Of a stretch of DNA of 64,000 nt, positions 24,201-38,100 are shown piece after piece. The notes under the pieces are model-generated. The model saw only the letters and a program-made list of their open reading frames with translations. It had not been told where the DNA came from and did not search any database. The DNA lies in the NCBI RefSeq assembly GCF_964355755.1, contig NC_092677.1, positions 16,204,101 through 16,268,100 of the forward strand. Reading direction: 5' to 3'. This DNA is from Antedon mediterranea. Lineage: Eukaryota > Animalia > Echinodermata. The position numbers and the translations under genes were made by a program. How positions within the stretch are numbered: position 1 is the stretch's first letter; every line of letters starts with the position of its first letter.

Positions 24201-27200
24201 AATAATTGGTTCTGCGCAGGTCAATTGTGGTATAGTAACCACTTTTGACATAATGGTTACTATAGCATAATAAATATGCGCAGAATCGAATAATGCGTTC
24301 TGCGCATGTCAATTGTGCTATAGTAACCAGTTTTATCGAAAAATAAAAAGGTCGAAAATTGGTCATTTTTTGAAAAGATCCCTGTACTATAGTACATGGA
24401 AATTTTCGAAAAAATGGCCGATTTTCGAACCTTTATTTTTGACATAAATGGTTACTATAGCATAATAAGCATGAGCAAAGTCCAATAATTAGTTCTGCGC
24501 ATGTCAATTGTGCTAAAGTAACCGCCTTTGACATAATTGGTTACTATAGCATAATAAACATGTGCAGAGTCGAATAATACGTTCTGCGCATGTCAGTTGT
24601 GCTATAGTAACCAGTTTTATCGAAAAATAAAAAGGTCGAAAATTGGTCATTTTTTGAAAATATCTCTGTACTATAGTACAGGGAAATTTTCGAAAAATGG
24701 CCGATTTTCGACCCTTTCATTTTTTGACATAAATGGTTACTATAGCATAATAAACATGCGCAGAGTCGAATAATTGGTTCTGCGCATGTCAATTGTGCTA
24801 TAGTAACCACTTTTGACATAAATGATTACTATAGCATAATAAACATGCGCAGAGTCGAATAATACGTTCTGCGCATGTCAATTGTGCTATAGTAACCAGT
24901 TTTGTCGAAAAATAAAAAGGTCGAAAATTGGTGATTTTTTGAAAAAATCCCTATACTATAGTACAGGAAAATTTTTGAAAAATGGCCGATTTTCGACCCT
25001 TTTATTTTTTGACATAAATGGTTACTATAGCATAAAAAACATGCGCAGAGTCGAATAATTGGTTCTGCGCATGTCAATTGTGCTATAGTAACCACTTTTG
25101 ACATAAATGATTACTATAGCATAATAAACATGCGCAGAGTCGAATAATGCGTTCTGCGCATGTCAATTGTGCTATAGTAACCAGTTTTATCGAAAAATAA
25201 AAAGGTCGAAAATTGGTCATTTTTAAAAAAAATCACTGTACTATTTTCGATTTTCGACCCTTTTATTTTTTGACATAAATGGTTATCATAGCATAATAAA
25301 CATGCGCAGAGTCGAATAATTGGTTCTGCGCATGTCAATTGTGCTATAGTAACCACTTTTGACATAAATGGTTACTATAGCATAATAAACATGCGCAGAG
25401 TCGAATAACGCGTTCTGCGCATGTCAATTGTGCTATAGTAACCAGTTTTATCGAAAAATAAAAAGGTCGAAAATTGGTGATTTTTTGAAAAAATCCCTGT
25501 ACTATAGTACATGGACATTTTCGAAAAATGGCCGTTTTTCGACCCTTTTATTTTTGGACATAAATGGTTACTATAGCATAATAAACATGAGCAAAGTCCA
25601 ATAATTGGTTCTGCGCATGTCAATTGTGCTAAAGTAACCACTTTTGACATAATTGGTTACTATAGCATAATAAACATGCGCAGAGTGGAATAATACGTTC
25701 TGCTCATGTCAATTGTGCTATAGTAACCAGTTTTATCGAAAAATAAAAAGGTCGAAAATTGGTCATTTTTTGAAAAAATCCCTGTACTATAGTACAGGAA
25801 AATTTTCGAAAAATGGCCGATTTTCGACCCTTTTATTTTTTGACATAAATGGTTACTATAGCATAATAAACATGCGCAGAGTCGAATAATTGGTTCTGCG
25901 CATGTCAATTGTGCTATAGTAACCACTTTTGACATAAATTATTACTATTGCATAATAAACATGCGCAGAGTCGAATAATGCGTTCTGCGCATGTCAATTG
26001 TGCTATAGTAACCAGTTTTATCAAAAAATAAAAAGGTCGAAAATTGGTCATTTTTTGAAAAAATCACTGTACTATAGTACAGGAAAATTTTCGAAAAATG
26101 GCCGATTTTCAACCCTTTTATTTTTTGACATAAATGGTTACTATAGCATAATAAACATGCGCAGAGTCGAATAACGCGTTCTGCGCATGTCAATTGTGCT
26201 ATAGTAACCAGTTTTATCGAAAAATAAAAAGGTCGAAAATTGGTGATTTTTTGAAAAAATCCCTGTACTTATAGTACATGGAAATTTTCGAAAAATGGCC
26301 GTTTTTCGACCCTTTTATTTTTTGACATAAATGGTTACTATAGCATAATAAACATGCGCAGAGTCGAATAATTGGTTCTGCGCATGTCAATTGCGCTATA
26401 GTAACCACTTTTGACATAAATGATTACTATAGCATAATAAACATGCGCAGAGTCGAATAATGCGTTCTGCGCATGTCAATTGTGCTATATTAACCAGTTT
26501 TGACATAAATGATTTTATTTTTCGATAAAACCGGTTACTACAGCATAATAAACATGCACAGAGTTGAATAATTGGTTCTGCGCATGTCAATTGTGGTATA
26601 GTAACCACTTTTGACATAAATGGTTACTATAGCATAATAAACATGCGCAGAGTCGAATAATGCGTTCTGCGCATGTCAATTGTGCTATAGTAACCAGTTT
26701 TATCGAAAAATAAAAAGGTCGAAAATTGGTCATTTTTTGAAAAGATCCCTGTACTATAGTACATGGAAATTTTCGAAAAACGGCCGATTTTCGAACCTTT
26801 TATTTTTTGACATAATGGTTACTATAGCATAATAAGCATGAGCAAAGTCCAATAATTGGTTCTGCGCATATCAATTGTGCTAAAGTAACCACTTTTGACA
26901 TAATTGGTTACTATAGCATAATAAACATGCGCAGAGTCAAATAATACATTCTGCGCATGTCAATTGTGCTATAGTAACCAGTTTTATCGAAAAATAAAAA
27001 GGTCAAAAATTGGTCATTTTTTGAAAAAATCCATGTAATATATAGTACAGGAAAATTTTCGAAAAATGGCCGATTTTCGACCCTTTTATTTTTTGACATA
27101 AATGGTTACTATAGCATAATAAACATGCGCAGAGTCGAATAATTGGTTCTTCGCATGTCAATTGTGCTATAGTAACCACTTTTGACATAAATGGTTACTA

Positions 27201-30200
27201 AAGCATAATAAACATGCGCAGAGTCGAATAATGCGTTCTGCGCATGTCAATTGTGCTATAATAACCAGCTTTGACATAAATGATTTTATTTTTTGATAAA
27301 ACTGGTTACTACAGCATAATAAACATGCGCAGAGTCGAATAATTGGTTCTGCGCAGGTCAATTGTGGTATAGTAACCACTTTTGACATAATGGTTACTAT
27401 AGCATAATAAACATGTGCAGAGTCGAATAATACGTTCTGCGCATGTCAGTTGTGCTATAGTAACCAGTTTTATCAAAAAATAAAAAGGTCGAAAATTGGT
27501 CATTTTTTGAAAAAATCACTGTACTATATAGTACAGGAAAATTTTCGAAAAATGGCCGATTTTCGACCCTTTTATTGTTTGACATAAATGGTTATTATAG
27601 CATAATAAACATGCACAGAGTCGAATAATTGGTTCTGCGCATATCAATTGTGCTATAGTAACCACTTTTGACATAAATGGTTACTATAGCATAATAAACA
27701 TGCGCAGAGTCGAATAATACGTTCTGCGCATGTTAATTGTGCTATAGTAACCAGTTTTATCGAAAAATAAAAAGGTCGAAAATTTGTCATTTTTTGAAAA
27801 AATCCCTGTACTATAGTACAGGAAAATTTTCGAAAAATTACCGATTTTCGACCCTTTTATTTTTTGACATAAATGGTTACTATAGCATAATAAAAAAATA
27901 AAAAGGTCGAAAAACGGCCATTTTTCGAAAATGTCCATGTACTAGTACAGTGATTTTTTCAAAAAATGACCAATTTTCGACCTTTTTATTTTTCGATAAA
28001 ACTGGTTACTATAGCACAATTGACATGCGGAGAACGTATTATTCGACTCTGCGCATGTTTATTATGCTATAGTAACCAATTATGTCAAAAGTGGTTAAAT
28101 TAGCACAATTGACATGCGCAGAACCAATTATTGAACTTTGCTCATGTTTATTATGCTATAGTAACCATTTATGTCAAAAAATAAAAGGGTCGAAAATCGG
28201 CCATTTTTCGAAAATTTCCATGTACTATAGTACAGGGATTTTTTCAAAAAATGACAAATTTTCGACCTTTTTATTTTTCGATAAAACTGGTTACTATAAC
28301 ACAATTGACATGCGCAGAACGTATTATTCGACTCTGCGCATGTTTATTATGCTATAGTAACCATTTATGTCAAAAAATAAAAGGGTCGAAAATCGGTAAT
28401 TTTTCGAAAATTTTCCTGTACTATAGTACAGGGATTTTTTCAAAAAATGACAAATTTTCAACCTTTTTATTTTTCGATAAAACTGGTTACTATAGCACAA
28501 TTGACATGCGCAGAACGTATTATTCGACTCTGCGCATGTTTATTATGCTATAGTAACCAATTATGTCAAAAGTGGTTACTTTAGCACAATTGACATGCGC
28601 AGAACTAATTATTGGACTTTGCTCATGCTTATTATGCTACAGTAACCATTTATGTCAAAAATAAAAGGTTCGAAAATCGGCCATTTTTTCGAAAATTTCC
28701 ATGTACTATAGTACAGGGATCTTTTCAAAAAATGACAAATTTTCGACCTTTTTATTTTTCGATAAAACTGGTTACTATAGCACAATTGACATGCGCAGAA
28801 CGCATTATTCGACTCTGCGCATGTTTATTATGCTATAGCCATTTATGACAAAAGTGGTTAGTATACCACAAATGACATGCGCAGAACCAATCATTCGACT
28901 CTGCGCATGTTTATTATGCTGTAGTAACCAGTTTTATCGAAAAATAAAATCATTTATGTCAAAACTGGTTATTATAGCAAAATTAACATGCGCAGTAAGC
29001 ATTATTCCACTCTCCGCATGTTTATTATGCTATAGTAATCATTTATGTCAGAAGTGGTTACTATAGCACAATTGACATGCGCAGAACCAATTATTCGACT
29101 CTGCGCATGTTTATTATGCTATAGTAACCATTTATGTCAAAAATAAAGGTTCGAAAATCGGCCATTTTTTCGAAAATTTCCATGTACTATAGTACAGGGA
29201 TCTTTTCAAAAAATGACCAATTTTCGACCTTTTTATTTTTCGATAAAACTGGTTACTATAGCACAATTGACATGCGCAGAACGCATTATTTGATTCTGCG
29301 CATATTAATTATGCTATAGTAACCATTTATGTCAAAAGTGGTTACTATACCACAATTGACATGCGCAGAACCAATTATTCGACTCTGCGCATGTTTATTA
29401 TGCTGTAGTAACCAGTTTTATCGAAAAAAAAATCATTTATGTCAAAACTGGTTATTATAGCACAATTGACATGCGCAGAACGCATTATTCGACTCTGCGC
29501 ATGTTTATTATGCTATAGTAACCATTTATGTCAAAAGTGGTTACTATAGCACAATTGACATGCGCAGAACCAATTATTCGACTCTGCGCATGTTTATTAT
29601 GCTATAGTAACCATTTATGTCAAAAGTGGTTACTATAGCACAATTGACATGCGCAGAACCAATTATTCGACTCTGCGCATGTTTATTATGCTATAGTAAC
29701 CACTTATGTCAAAAAATAAAAGGGTCGAAAATCGGCCATTTTTCGAAAATTTTCCTGTACTATAGTACATGGATTTTTTCCAAAAATGACCAATTTTCGA
29801 CCTTTTTATTTTTCGATAAAACTGGTTACTATAGCACAATTGACATGCGCAGAATGTATTATTCGACTCTGCGCATGTTTATTATGCTATAGTAACCAAT
29901 TATGTCAAAAGTGGTTACTTTAGCACAATTGATATGCGCAGAACAAATTATTGGACTTTGCTCATGCTTATTATGCTATAGCAACCATTATGTCAAAAAA
30001 TAAAAGGTTCGAAAATCGGCCGTTTTTCGAAAATTTCCATGTACTATAGTACAGGGATCTTTTCAAAAAATGACAAATTTTCGACCTTTTTATTTTTCGA
30101 TAAAACTGGTTACTATAGCACAATTGACATGCGCAGAACGCATTATTCGACTCTGCGCATGTTTATTATGCTATAGTAACCATTTATTTCAAAAGTGGTT

Positions 30201-33200
30201 AGTATACCACAATTGACATGCGCAGAACCAATTATTCGACTCTGCGCATGTTTATTATGCTGTAGTAACCAGTTTTATCGAAAAATAAAATCATTTATGT
30301 CAAAACTGGTTATTATAGCACAATTGACATGCGCAGAACGCATTATTCGACTCTGCGCATGTTTATTATGCTATAGTAATCGTTTATGTCAAAAGTGGTT
30401 ATTATAGCACAATTGACATGCGCAGAACCAATTATTCGACTCTGCGCATGTTTATTATGCTATAGTAACCATTTATGTCAAAAAATGAAAGGGTCGAAAA
30501 TCGGCCATTTTTCGAAAATTTCCCTGTACTATAGTACAGAGATATTTTCAAAAAATGACCAATTTTCGACCTTTTTATTTTTCGATAAAACTGGTTACTA
30601 TAGCACAACTGACATGCGCAGAACGTATTATTCGACTCTGCACATGTTTATTATGCTATAGTAACCAATTATGTCAAAGGTGGTTACTTTAGCACAATTG
30701 ACATGCGCAGAACTAATTATTGGACTTTGCTCATGCTTATTATGCTATAGTAACCATTTATGTCAAAAATAAAGGTTCGAAAATCGGCCATTTTTTCGAA
30801 AATTTCCATGTACTATAGTACAGGGATCTTTTCAAAAAATGACCAATTTTCGACCTTTTTATTTTTCGATAAAACTGGTTACTATAGCACAATTGACATG
30901 CGCAGAACGCATTATTCGATTCTGCGCATATTTATTATGCTATAGTAACCATTATGTCAAAAGTGGTTACTATACCACAATTGACCTGCGCAGAACCAAT
31001 TATTCGACTCTGCGCATGTTTATTATGCTGTAGTAACCAGTTTTATCAAAAAATAAAATCATTTATGTCAAAGCTGGTTATTATAGCACAATTGACATGC
31101 GCAGAACGCATTATTCGACTCTGCGCATGTTTATTATGCTTTAGTAACCATTTATGTCAAAAGTGGTTACTATAGCACAATTGACATGCGCAGAACCAAT
31201 TATTCGACTCTGCGCATGTTTATTATGCTATAGTAACCATTTATGTCAAAAAATAAAAGGGTCGAAAATCGGCCATTTTTCGAAAATTTTCCTGTACTAT
31301 ATATTACATGGATTTTTTCAAAAAATGACCAATTTTTGACCTTTTTATTTTTCGATAAAACTGGTTACTATAGCACAATTGACATGCGCAGAATGTATTA
31401 TTTGACTCTGCGCATGTTTATTATGCTATAGTAACCAATTATGTCAAAAGTGGTTACTTTAGCACAATTGATATGCGCAGAACCAATTATTGGACTTTGC
31501 TCATGCTTATTATGCTATAGTAACCATTATGTCAAAAAATAAAAGGTTCGAAAATCGGCCGTTTTTCGAAAATTTCAATGTACTATAGTACAGGGATCTT
31601 TTCAAAAAATGACCAATTTTCGACCTTTTTATTTTTCGATAAAACTGGTTACTATAGCACAATTGACATGCGCAGAACGCATTATTCGACTCTGCGCATG
31701 TTTATTATGCTATAGTAACCATTTATGTCAAAAGTGGTTACTATACCACAATTGACATGCGCAGAACCAATTATTCGACTCTGTGCATGTTTATTATGCT
31801 GTAGTAACCAGTTTTATCGAAAAATAAAATCATTTATGTCAAAACTGGTTAATATAGCACAATTGACATGCGCAGAACGCATTATTCGACTCTGCGCATG
31901 TTTATTATGCTATAGTAATCATTTATGTCAAAAGTGGTTACTATAGCGCAATTGACATGCGCAGAACCAATTATTCGACTCTGCGCATGTTTATTATGCT
32001 ATAGTAACCATTTATGTCAAAAAATAAAAGGGTCGAAAAACGGCCATTTTTCGAAAATTTCCATGTACTATAAGTACAGGGATTTTTTCAAAAAATCACC
32101 AATTTTCGACCTTTTTATTTTTCGATAAAACTGGTTACTATAGCACAATTGACATGCGCAGAACGCGTTATTCGACTCTGCGCATGTTTATTATGCTATA
32201 GTAACCATTTATGTCAAAAAATAAAAGGGTCGAAAATCGGCCATTTTTCGAAAATTTTCCTGTACTATAGTACAGTGATTTTTTCAAAAAATGACCAATT
32301 TTCGACCTTTTTATTTTTTGATAAAACTGGTTACTATAGCACAATTGACATGCGCAGAACGCATTATTCGACTCTGCGCATGTTTATTATGCAATAGTAA
32401 TAATTTATGTCAAAAGTGGTTACTATAGCACAATTGACATGCGCAGAACCAATTATTCGACTCTGCGCATGTTTATTATGCTATAGTAACCATTTATGTC
32501 AAAAAATAAAAGGGTCGAAAATCGGCCATTTTTCGAAAATTTTCCTGTACTATAGTACAGGGATTTTTTCAAAAAATGACCAATTTTCGACCTTTTTATT
32601 TTTCGATAAAACTGGTTACTATAGCACAATTGACATGAGCAGAACGTATTATTCCACTCTGCGCATGTTTATTATGCTATAGTAACCAATTATGTCAAAA
32701 GTGGTTACTTTAGCACAATTGACATGCGCAGAACCAATTATTGGACTTTGCTCATATGTTTATTATGCTATAGTAACCATTTATGTCCAAAAATAAAAGG
32801 GTCGAAAAACGGCCATTTTTCGAAAATGTCCATGTACTATAGTACAGGGATTTTTTCAAAAAATCACCAATTTTCGACCTTTTTATTTTTCGATAAAACT
32901 GGTTACTATAGCACAATTGACATGCGCAGAACGCGTTATTCGACTCTGCGCATGTTTATTATGCTATAGTAACCATTTATGTCAAAAGTGGTTACTATAG
33001 CACAATTGACATGCGCAGAACCAATTATTCGACTCTGCGCATGTTTATTATGCTATGATAACCATTTATGTCAAAAAATAAAAGGGTCGAAAATCGAAAA
33101 TAGTACAGTGATTTTTTTAAAAAATGACCAATTTTCGACCTTTTTATTTTTCGATAAAACTGGTTACTATAGCACAATTGACATGCGCAGAACGCATTAT

Positions 33201-33946
33201 TCGACTCTGCGCATGTTTATTATGCTATAGTAATCATTTATGTCAAAAGTGGTTACTATAGCACAATTGACATGCGCAGAACCAATTATTCGACTCTGCG
33301 CATGTTTTTTATGCTATAGTAACCATTTATGTCAAAAAATAAAAGGGTCGAAAATCGGCCATTTTTCAAAAATTTTCCTGTACTATAGTATAGGGATTTT
33401 TTCAAAAAATCACCAATTTTCGACCTTTTTATTTTTCGACAAAACTGGTTACTATAGCACAATTGACATGCGCAGAACGTATTATTCGACTCTGCGCATG
33501 TTTATTATGCTATAGTAATCATTTATGTCAAAAGTGGTTACTATAGCACAATTGACATGCGCAGAACGCATTATTCGACTCTGCGCATGTTTATTATGCT
33601 ATAGTAACCATTTATGTCAAAAAATAAAAGTGTCGAAAATCGGTCATTCTTCGAAAATTTTCCTGTACTATAGTACCGGGATTTTTTCAAAAAATGACCA
33701 ATTTTCGACCTTTTTATTTTTCGATAAAACTGGTTACTATAGCACAATTGACATGCGCAGAACGCATTATTCGACTCTGCGCATGTTTATTATGCTATAG
33801 TAACCATTTATGTCAAAAGTGGTTACTATAGCACAATTGACATGCGCAGAACCAATTATTCGACTCTGCGCATGTTTATTATGCTATAGTAACCATTTAT
33901 GTCAAAAAATAAAAGGGTCGAAAATCAGCCATTTTTCGAAAATTTC
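21250..33946. repeat. Complex 12.7 kb satellite made of an 89-bp hairpin module A and a ~107-bp palindromic module B (common unit 285 bp = A+A+B); block ~23975-27890 inverted
   Basis: A: GGTTACTATAGCACAATTGACATGCGCAGA-14 nt-TCTGCGCATGTTTATTATGCTATAGTAACC. B: AAAAATAAAAGGGTCGAAAATCGGCCATTTTTCGAAAATTTTCCTGTACTATAGTACAGGGATTTTTTCAAAAAATGACCAATTTTCGACCTTTTTATTTTT. The ORF track flips strand near 23.9 kb and 27.9 kb. Confidence 0.97.
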
Positions 33947-34019
33947 TAATAATTTTAATTACAACTATTTATACAACAACTTTTAAAATAATATTTAATT
34001 AATAATATAAATAAATAGA

Positions 34020-34395
34020 TAAATAATAGTATTTTAAAATACGCACTTTTCAAAATAATATTACTATGCAATAATATTGCTATATATGCGCATATATTGC
34101 TTTATTATCATCTGATATTATCATTTGATATAAATGGTTACTATATGTCTATAAGATGATGATAACACAATTTTTATGCACATATATAGCAATATTATTG
34201 CATATTAGTATTTTGAAAAGTAAATATTTTGCCATTTTTTGAAAAATCCCTGTACTAATAGTGCAGGGATTTCATAGAAAAATGCCTAAATTTCGACCTT
34301 TTTAAAATAAATGGTTACTATACGTCTATAAGATGATAATAAAGCAATATATGCGCATAATAACAGTATTTTAAAAAGTGCATATTTTGGCAATC
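34020..34395. repeat. Palindromic module C, right flank of the satellite
   Basis: Reverse complement of 19676-19905, plus a degenerate module B and a partial module C. Confidence 0.82.
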
Positions 34396-35158
34396 TTATC
34401 ACATCAAACTCCTGTTTACACCGCATTTTATAATGACATTTTATTCTGTATATTTAATCTGATCACAATTGTATTTATTAATATTAATATATTAAATTTA
34501 TATAATTCAATTACAATTCTTAAATATAAATAACAAACCAAAACAAATTTTAATTACATATCTTTTTCATTGCTTAATTAATTTGATTAAAATTAGATTA
34601 GGCATTTATTAATTGATGACACTCAAGGCATATTTGACTGGAAATAGATGTTTCTGGACGGAAACACAATCTTTGTTTATTTAAAAACTATCAATACAAA
34701 CTGTATATACACTATTCTATTAACGTAAAACCTAAATAAAGCATATTTACAAGGTAAACAGTGTAAATATTAATGTACACTCTGTAATTGTTCACTTTAA
34801 ATGCTGAATAAAGAAAAATAGAAAACTTGGAATGTGATCATTTCCATATATAATAAAATAATGTCTTAATTATTAATTGGAAGGGTATTATTTTATGTTT
34901 GACCAATAAAATTACCACAATAATTGATACGCACAAATGTTTATATTTTTTAAGTAACAGTTTAATAAAAATTTATCTCCAATAAATTAGTCTTCGCAAT
35001 ATTTGTAATGATTTAGACAATGTTTGTAGATCATTATACCTTTTTAAAATGTTATGTTATTGTATTTGTACAGTGCTTCTCATTCCATATTTTTAAACAA
35101 ATAAAATTATACTTTGCTGTTACATAGTAAATATGAAATTATGTAAAGTTTCTTTGTC

Positions 35159-38100
35159 CTAAGGTGTCACACCGCGTACGTAATATGTCCAAGACACGCT
35201 CGATGCCCCACCGGCAGACCTTGGACATGTCACCAATAGCTTTCCCATTTTTGGAGCCTTCGTACCATCCTGATTGCCTTCAAATGCAACAATAATATTG
35301 TGCGTCTTCTTACCACGGATTGTATCCCCGGGCTTACACGAGAATGCTGGATTATCCAATTGGAATGTGAATGCGGTGGAATGTGGGAATACGTTTCGGA
35401 AGGGAATTGATGCCGTTGAATTAGCTTTGATAGTGTACGGTCCTTGTGGTTTTGGTGCTATGCAAGTGCCAAACAGTGGGAATGTATATTCACCGGCAGT
35501 GGGTGAGCTTACCATTAGCGTGGCACGGGTCTCACCCAGACGGGATGGTTCAAAGGTCACATCTAGGTTTACCTCGGTTCCGCCTCCTGCTGACCCTGGA
35601 GCCGCCATCACTGTTTTGTCACAGTGGAATTCATTGCTATCAATCTATTATAAAAAGAACAAATACATCTTGCATTTTAATAGTATTCTTCAATTTCTCT
35701 GAACGAGCAGAATCATCTAGAAAACGTGAAGCAATGCAAGAGTAAATGTTATAACACACCTAAGTGTACCCCTCACATTTGATTGGTTGATTATATTATC
35801 ACATGTCAGTATTAGGTGGTACATACATTGTACGTTCAAGCATGGAGGTATCTTTTTTATACCTCCACGTTCAGCAGGTTTTTGTAGGTAAGGTTGGCGA
35901 TTGTTGAATGTGTACAACGAGGCATTACATTTTCCAACTCATAAAAATATTCTCTACATTTTACTCATTTAAACATTCATTATTTGTACACAATATCAAA
36001 ATAACAATAGAACCATATTGTTCCTATACCTTGCATGTATACTCAGCCTTGACCTTGGCGTAGTTAACAAAGCGTGCAACTTGTACATGGTTGCCTCCAA
36101 GAGCAGACCGGAAATAGACAGCTTTCTCTGGGCCTGCAGCAGTAGCAGTCAGCTGCAAGCTGTACTGGTAAAGGCCTAATTCAGCACTCGTTAGGGTCAG
36201 TTTACCTTGAGTTGAGCCGATCTTAAGTGGGAGGTACTCAAACACAAGGCAACCCTGTAATTCAATCAACAATTTAAAAGAAAATGTAAAGATGACACTA
36301 CACATTTTGCAGAAATAAAGAATTTATGCTTTAAGATCATTGTTTTTTTGGTCTTAGAGGTTTATAAGCTACTTCTCCATATTTCATGTTGTAAAATACA
36401 ACAAACCTACATTAGGCAGCTTCCAAAATATACCTAATTTTCCTTTCTACACATTACAGAGATACACAAAAAGGATTTTTCAATTAAACTAAAAAAAAGT
36501 TACCCAGACTTCTTACCTCAGACTGTGGAGGAATAACAAGCTGTGTAGGCAGCATAATATCTGGTGACTGGCAGTTAGTCTGAAAGGTTACAGAGACAGC
36601 TAATGGGTTCTCCATCACAATGGTGTTAGACGTTGTCAATCGTACCGGAGTGGTCATCTCAATGGTGTTGATGATGTCTGGTGCAAGGCCTTTGAAAGTG
36701 ATGTAGTAAAACTGGAATTCGTTCGTCTGTTCATTCTTGAAAAGAACCTATAATGAATAAAAAGAGTATGTCATTTGGTGTATAATATTGTATATACGGA
36801 GTAAAACAACGACATGTTGCTCACAGTATTGCTTCTGTAACATGGAGCTGATATGGGTGTTAAGAATGAACTGAACACTAATAAGTAAGTATAAGTAATT
36901 GTAAAATACTGTCAGTGTACATTGGTAATAGCATAAGAGAGTGTTCACTATAACAATTAATTAGTCTGTATATTATGCACAGGGTATGTAGGAAGTAACA
37001 AAAGCAGTTATTGTTCCTTATGTACAGTAGTCCGTACCTTGGCAGCATAAGATGACTCTTTGTGGCAGTAGAAATTCAGTTTGTACTCTCGCTTAGCTAG
37101 GCCTGGTACATCAATGTAGTCTAAACCCTTAATGGTAGTGGCTGGGTCTAACTTATCTGGTTTTATCATCTCTATGTAAACCTTGAACCTGCAAGAATAA
37201 GAACATATAAGATGCATATTTCGGCGTTCAGATGGGACAGAAATTCGCCATTGCAATGATAAAAAACTTTGTACAAAAGATCATCTCCCAAAGTGCTGAT
37301 CATTTTTTCCTGTACATTCTGGGAGATATTTATACAAATCAATTAGTTTACCTCTGGGGTCGTTTCAACCAGTTTGACACAGCCAATAACTCTGTGTAGT
37401 GGGTCTTGCTAGGAACCTCTCGTTGTATGTTACCAGCTGGCTTTGGTGCCTCTGATACACCTGTAAGGTTGTATAGCAGACCATTGCCATCTGGGAGTGC
37501 AAAGAACACAGTGCCCTGTAAAAGAAAGTGTAAATTGATTGACTGACTATACTTATACAAGTCATCCAAAACTTTTCTAAATTTACATTTTCTATTCATT
37601 CACTAAATGAATGGAACTGAGGGTGCTGTTTTATCAGCATCTTATTTGGTCTTTTAAACTTGCTCTTTTAAACACAGAAATCATTGATGGGCGTCGTTTC
37701 TACAATCAAGTAAGTGAGTAAAGTAATTAAAAACAACAAGATCATAAAGAACACCTGTATGTCAAATGGAATGCCTTTACCAGACCCTACAGAATAAGTT
37801 TAAACTCCAAGTCTGAAGCATTTCTTTCAACAATCAAAAACAACTTACTGTATGCCTTTTCCCTTCATGTGTCATAATCAATGGTCTATAAGTAACCTCA
37901 AACGGTTTACTAGACTGTGCCTCTATTGCGATGCTCTCTGCTCCTGACCAATGTTCTCCTTCGATAATCGGTTTAAGCTGCCAACGGCGGTTTGTACGAT
38001 TGTGCAAGTTAAGTGAGCGTGTGTCTTTTACACGTACATGTGTGTTGAAGTGCAGAACCTCTTTCATCGGTGTGCAACCTATGCACATTCCAGTTAGGAC

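Noticed and set aside
21801-33800. Dozens of 60-154 aa ORFs (MSKVVTIAQLTCAEPIIRLCACLLCYSNHL...) as a Cys-rich gene family
   Set aside because: They are translations of the satellite units. Frames shift freely with 1-bp indels, modules are shuffled, and the conservation is explained by hairpin symmetry.
21250-33946. CRISPR-like array (palindromic repeats with intervening sequence)
   Set aside because: The intervening sequences are themselves near-identical repeats, not unique spacers. No cas genes are present and the context is eukaryotic.
12300-34445. Terminal inverted repeats or TSD delimiting the whole island
   Set aside because: Only weak AT-rich similarity between ~12305-12340 and ~34410-34445; not distinguishable from chance.
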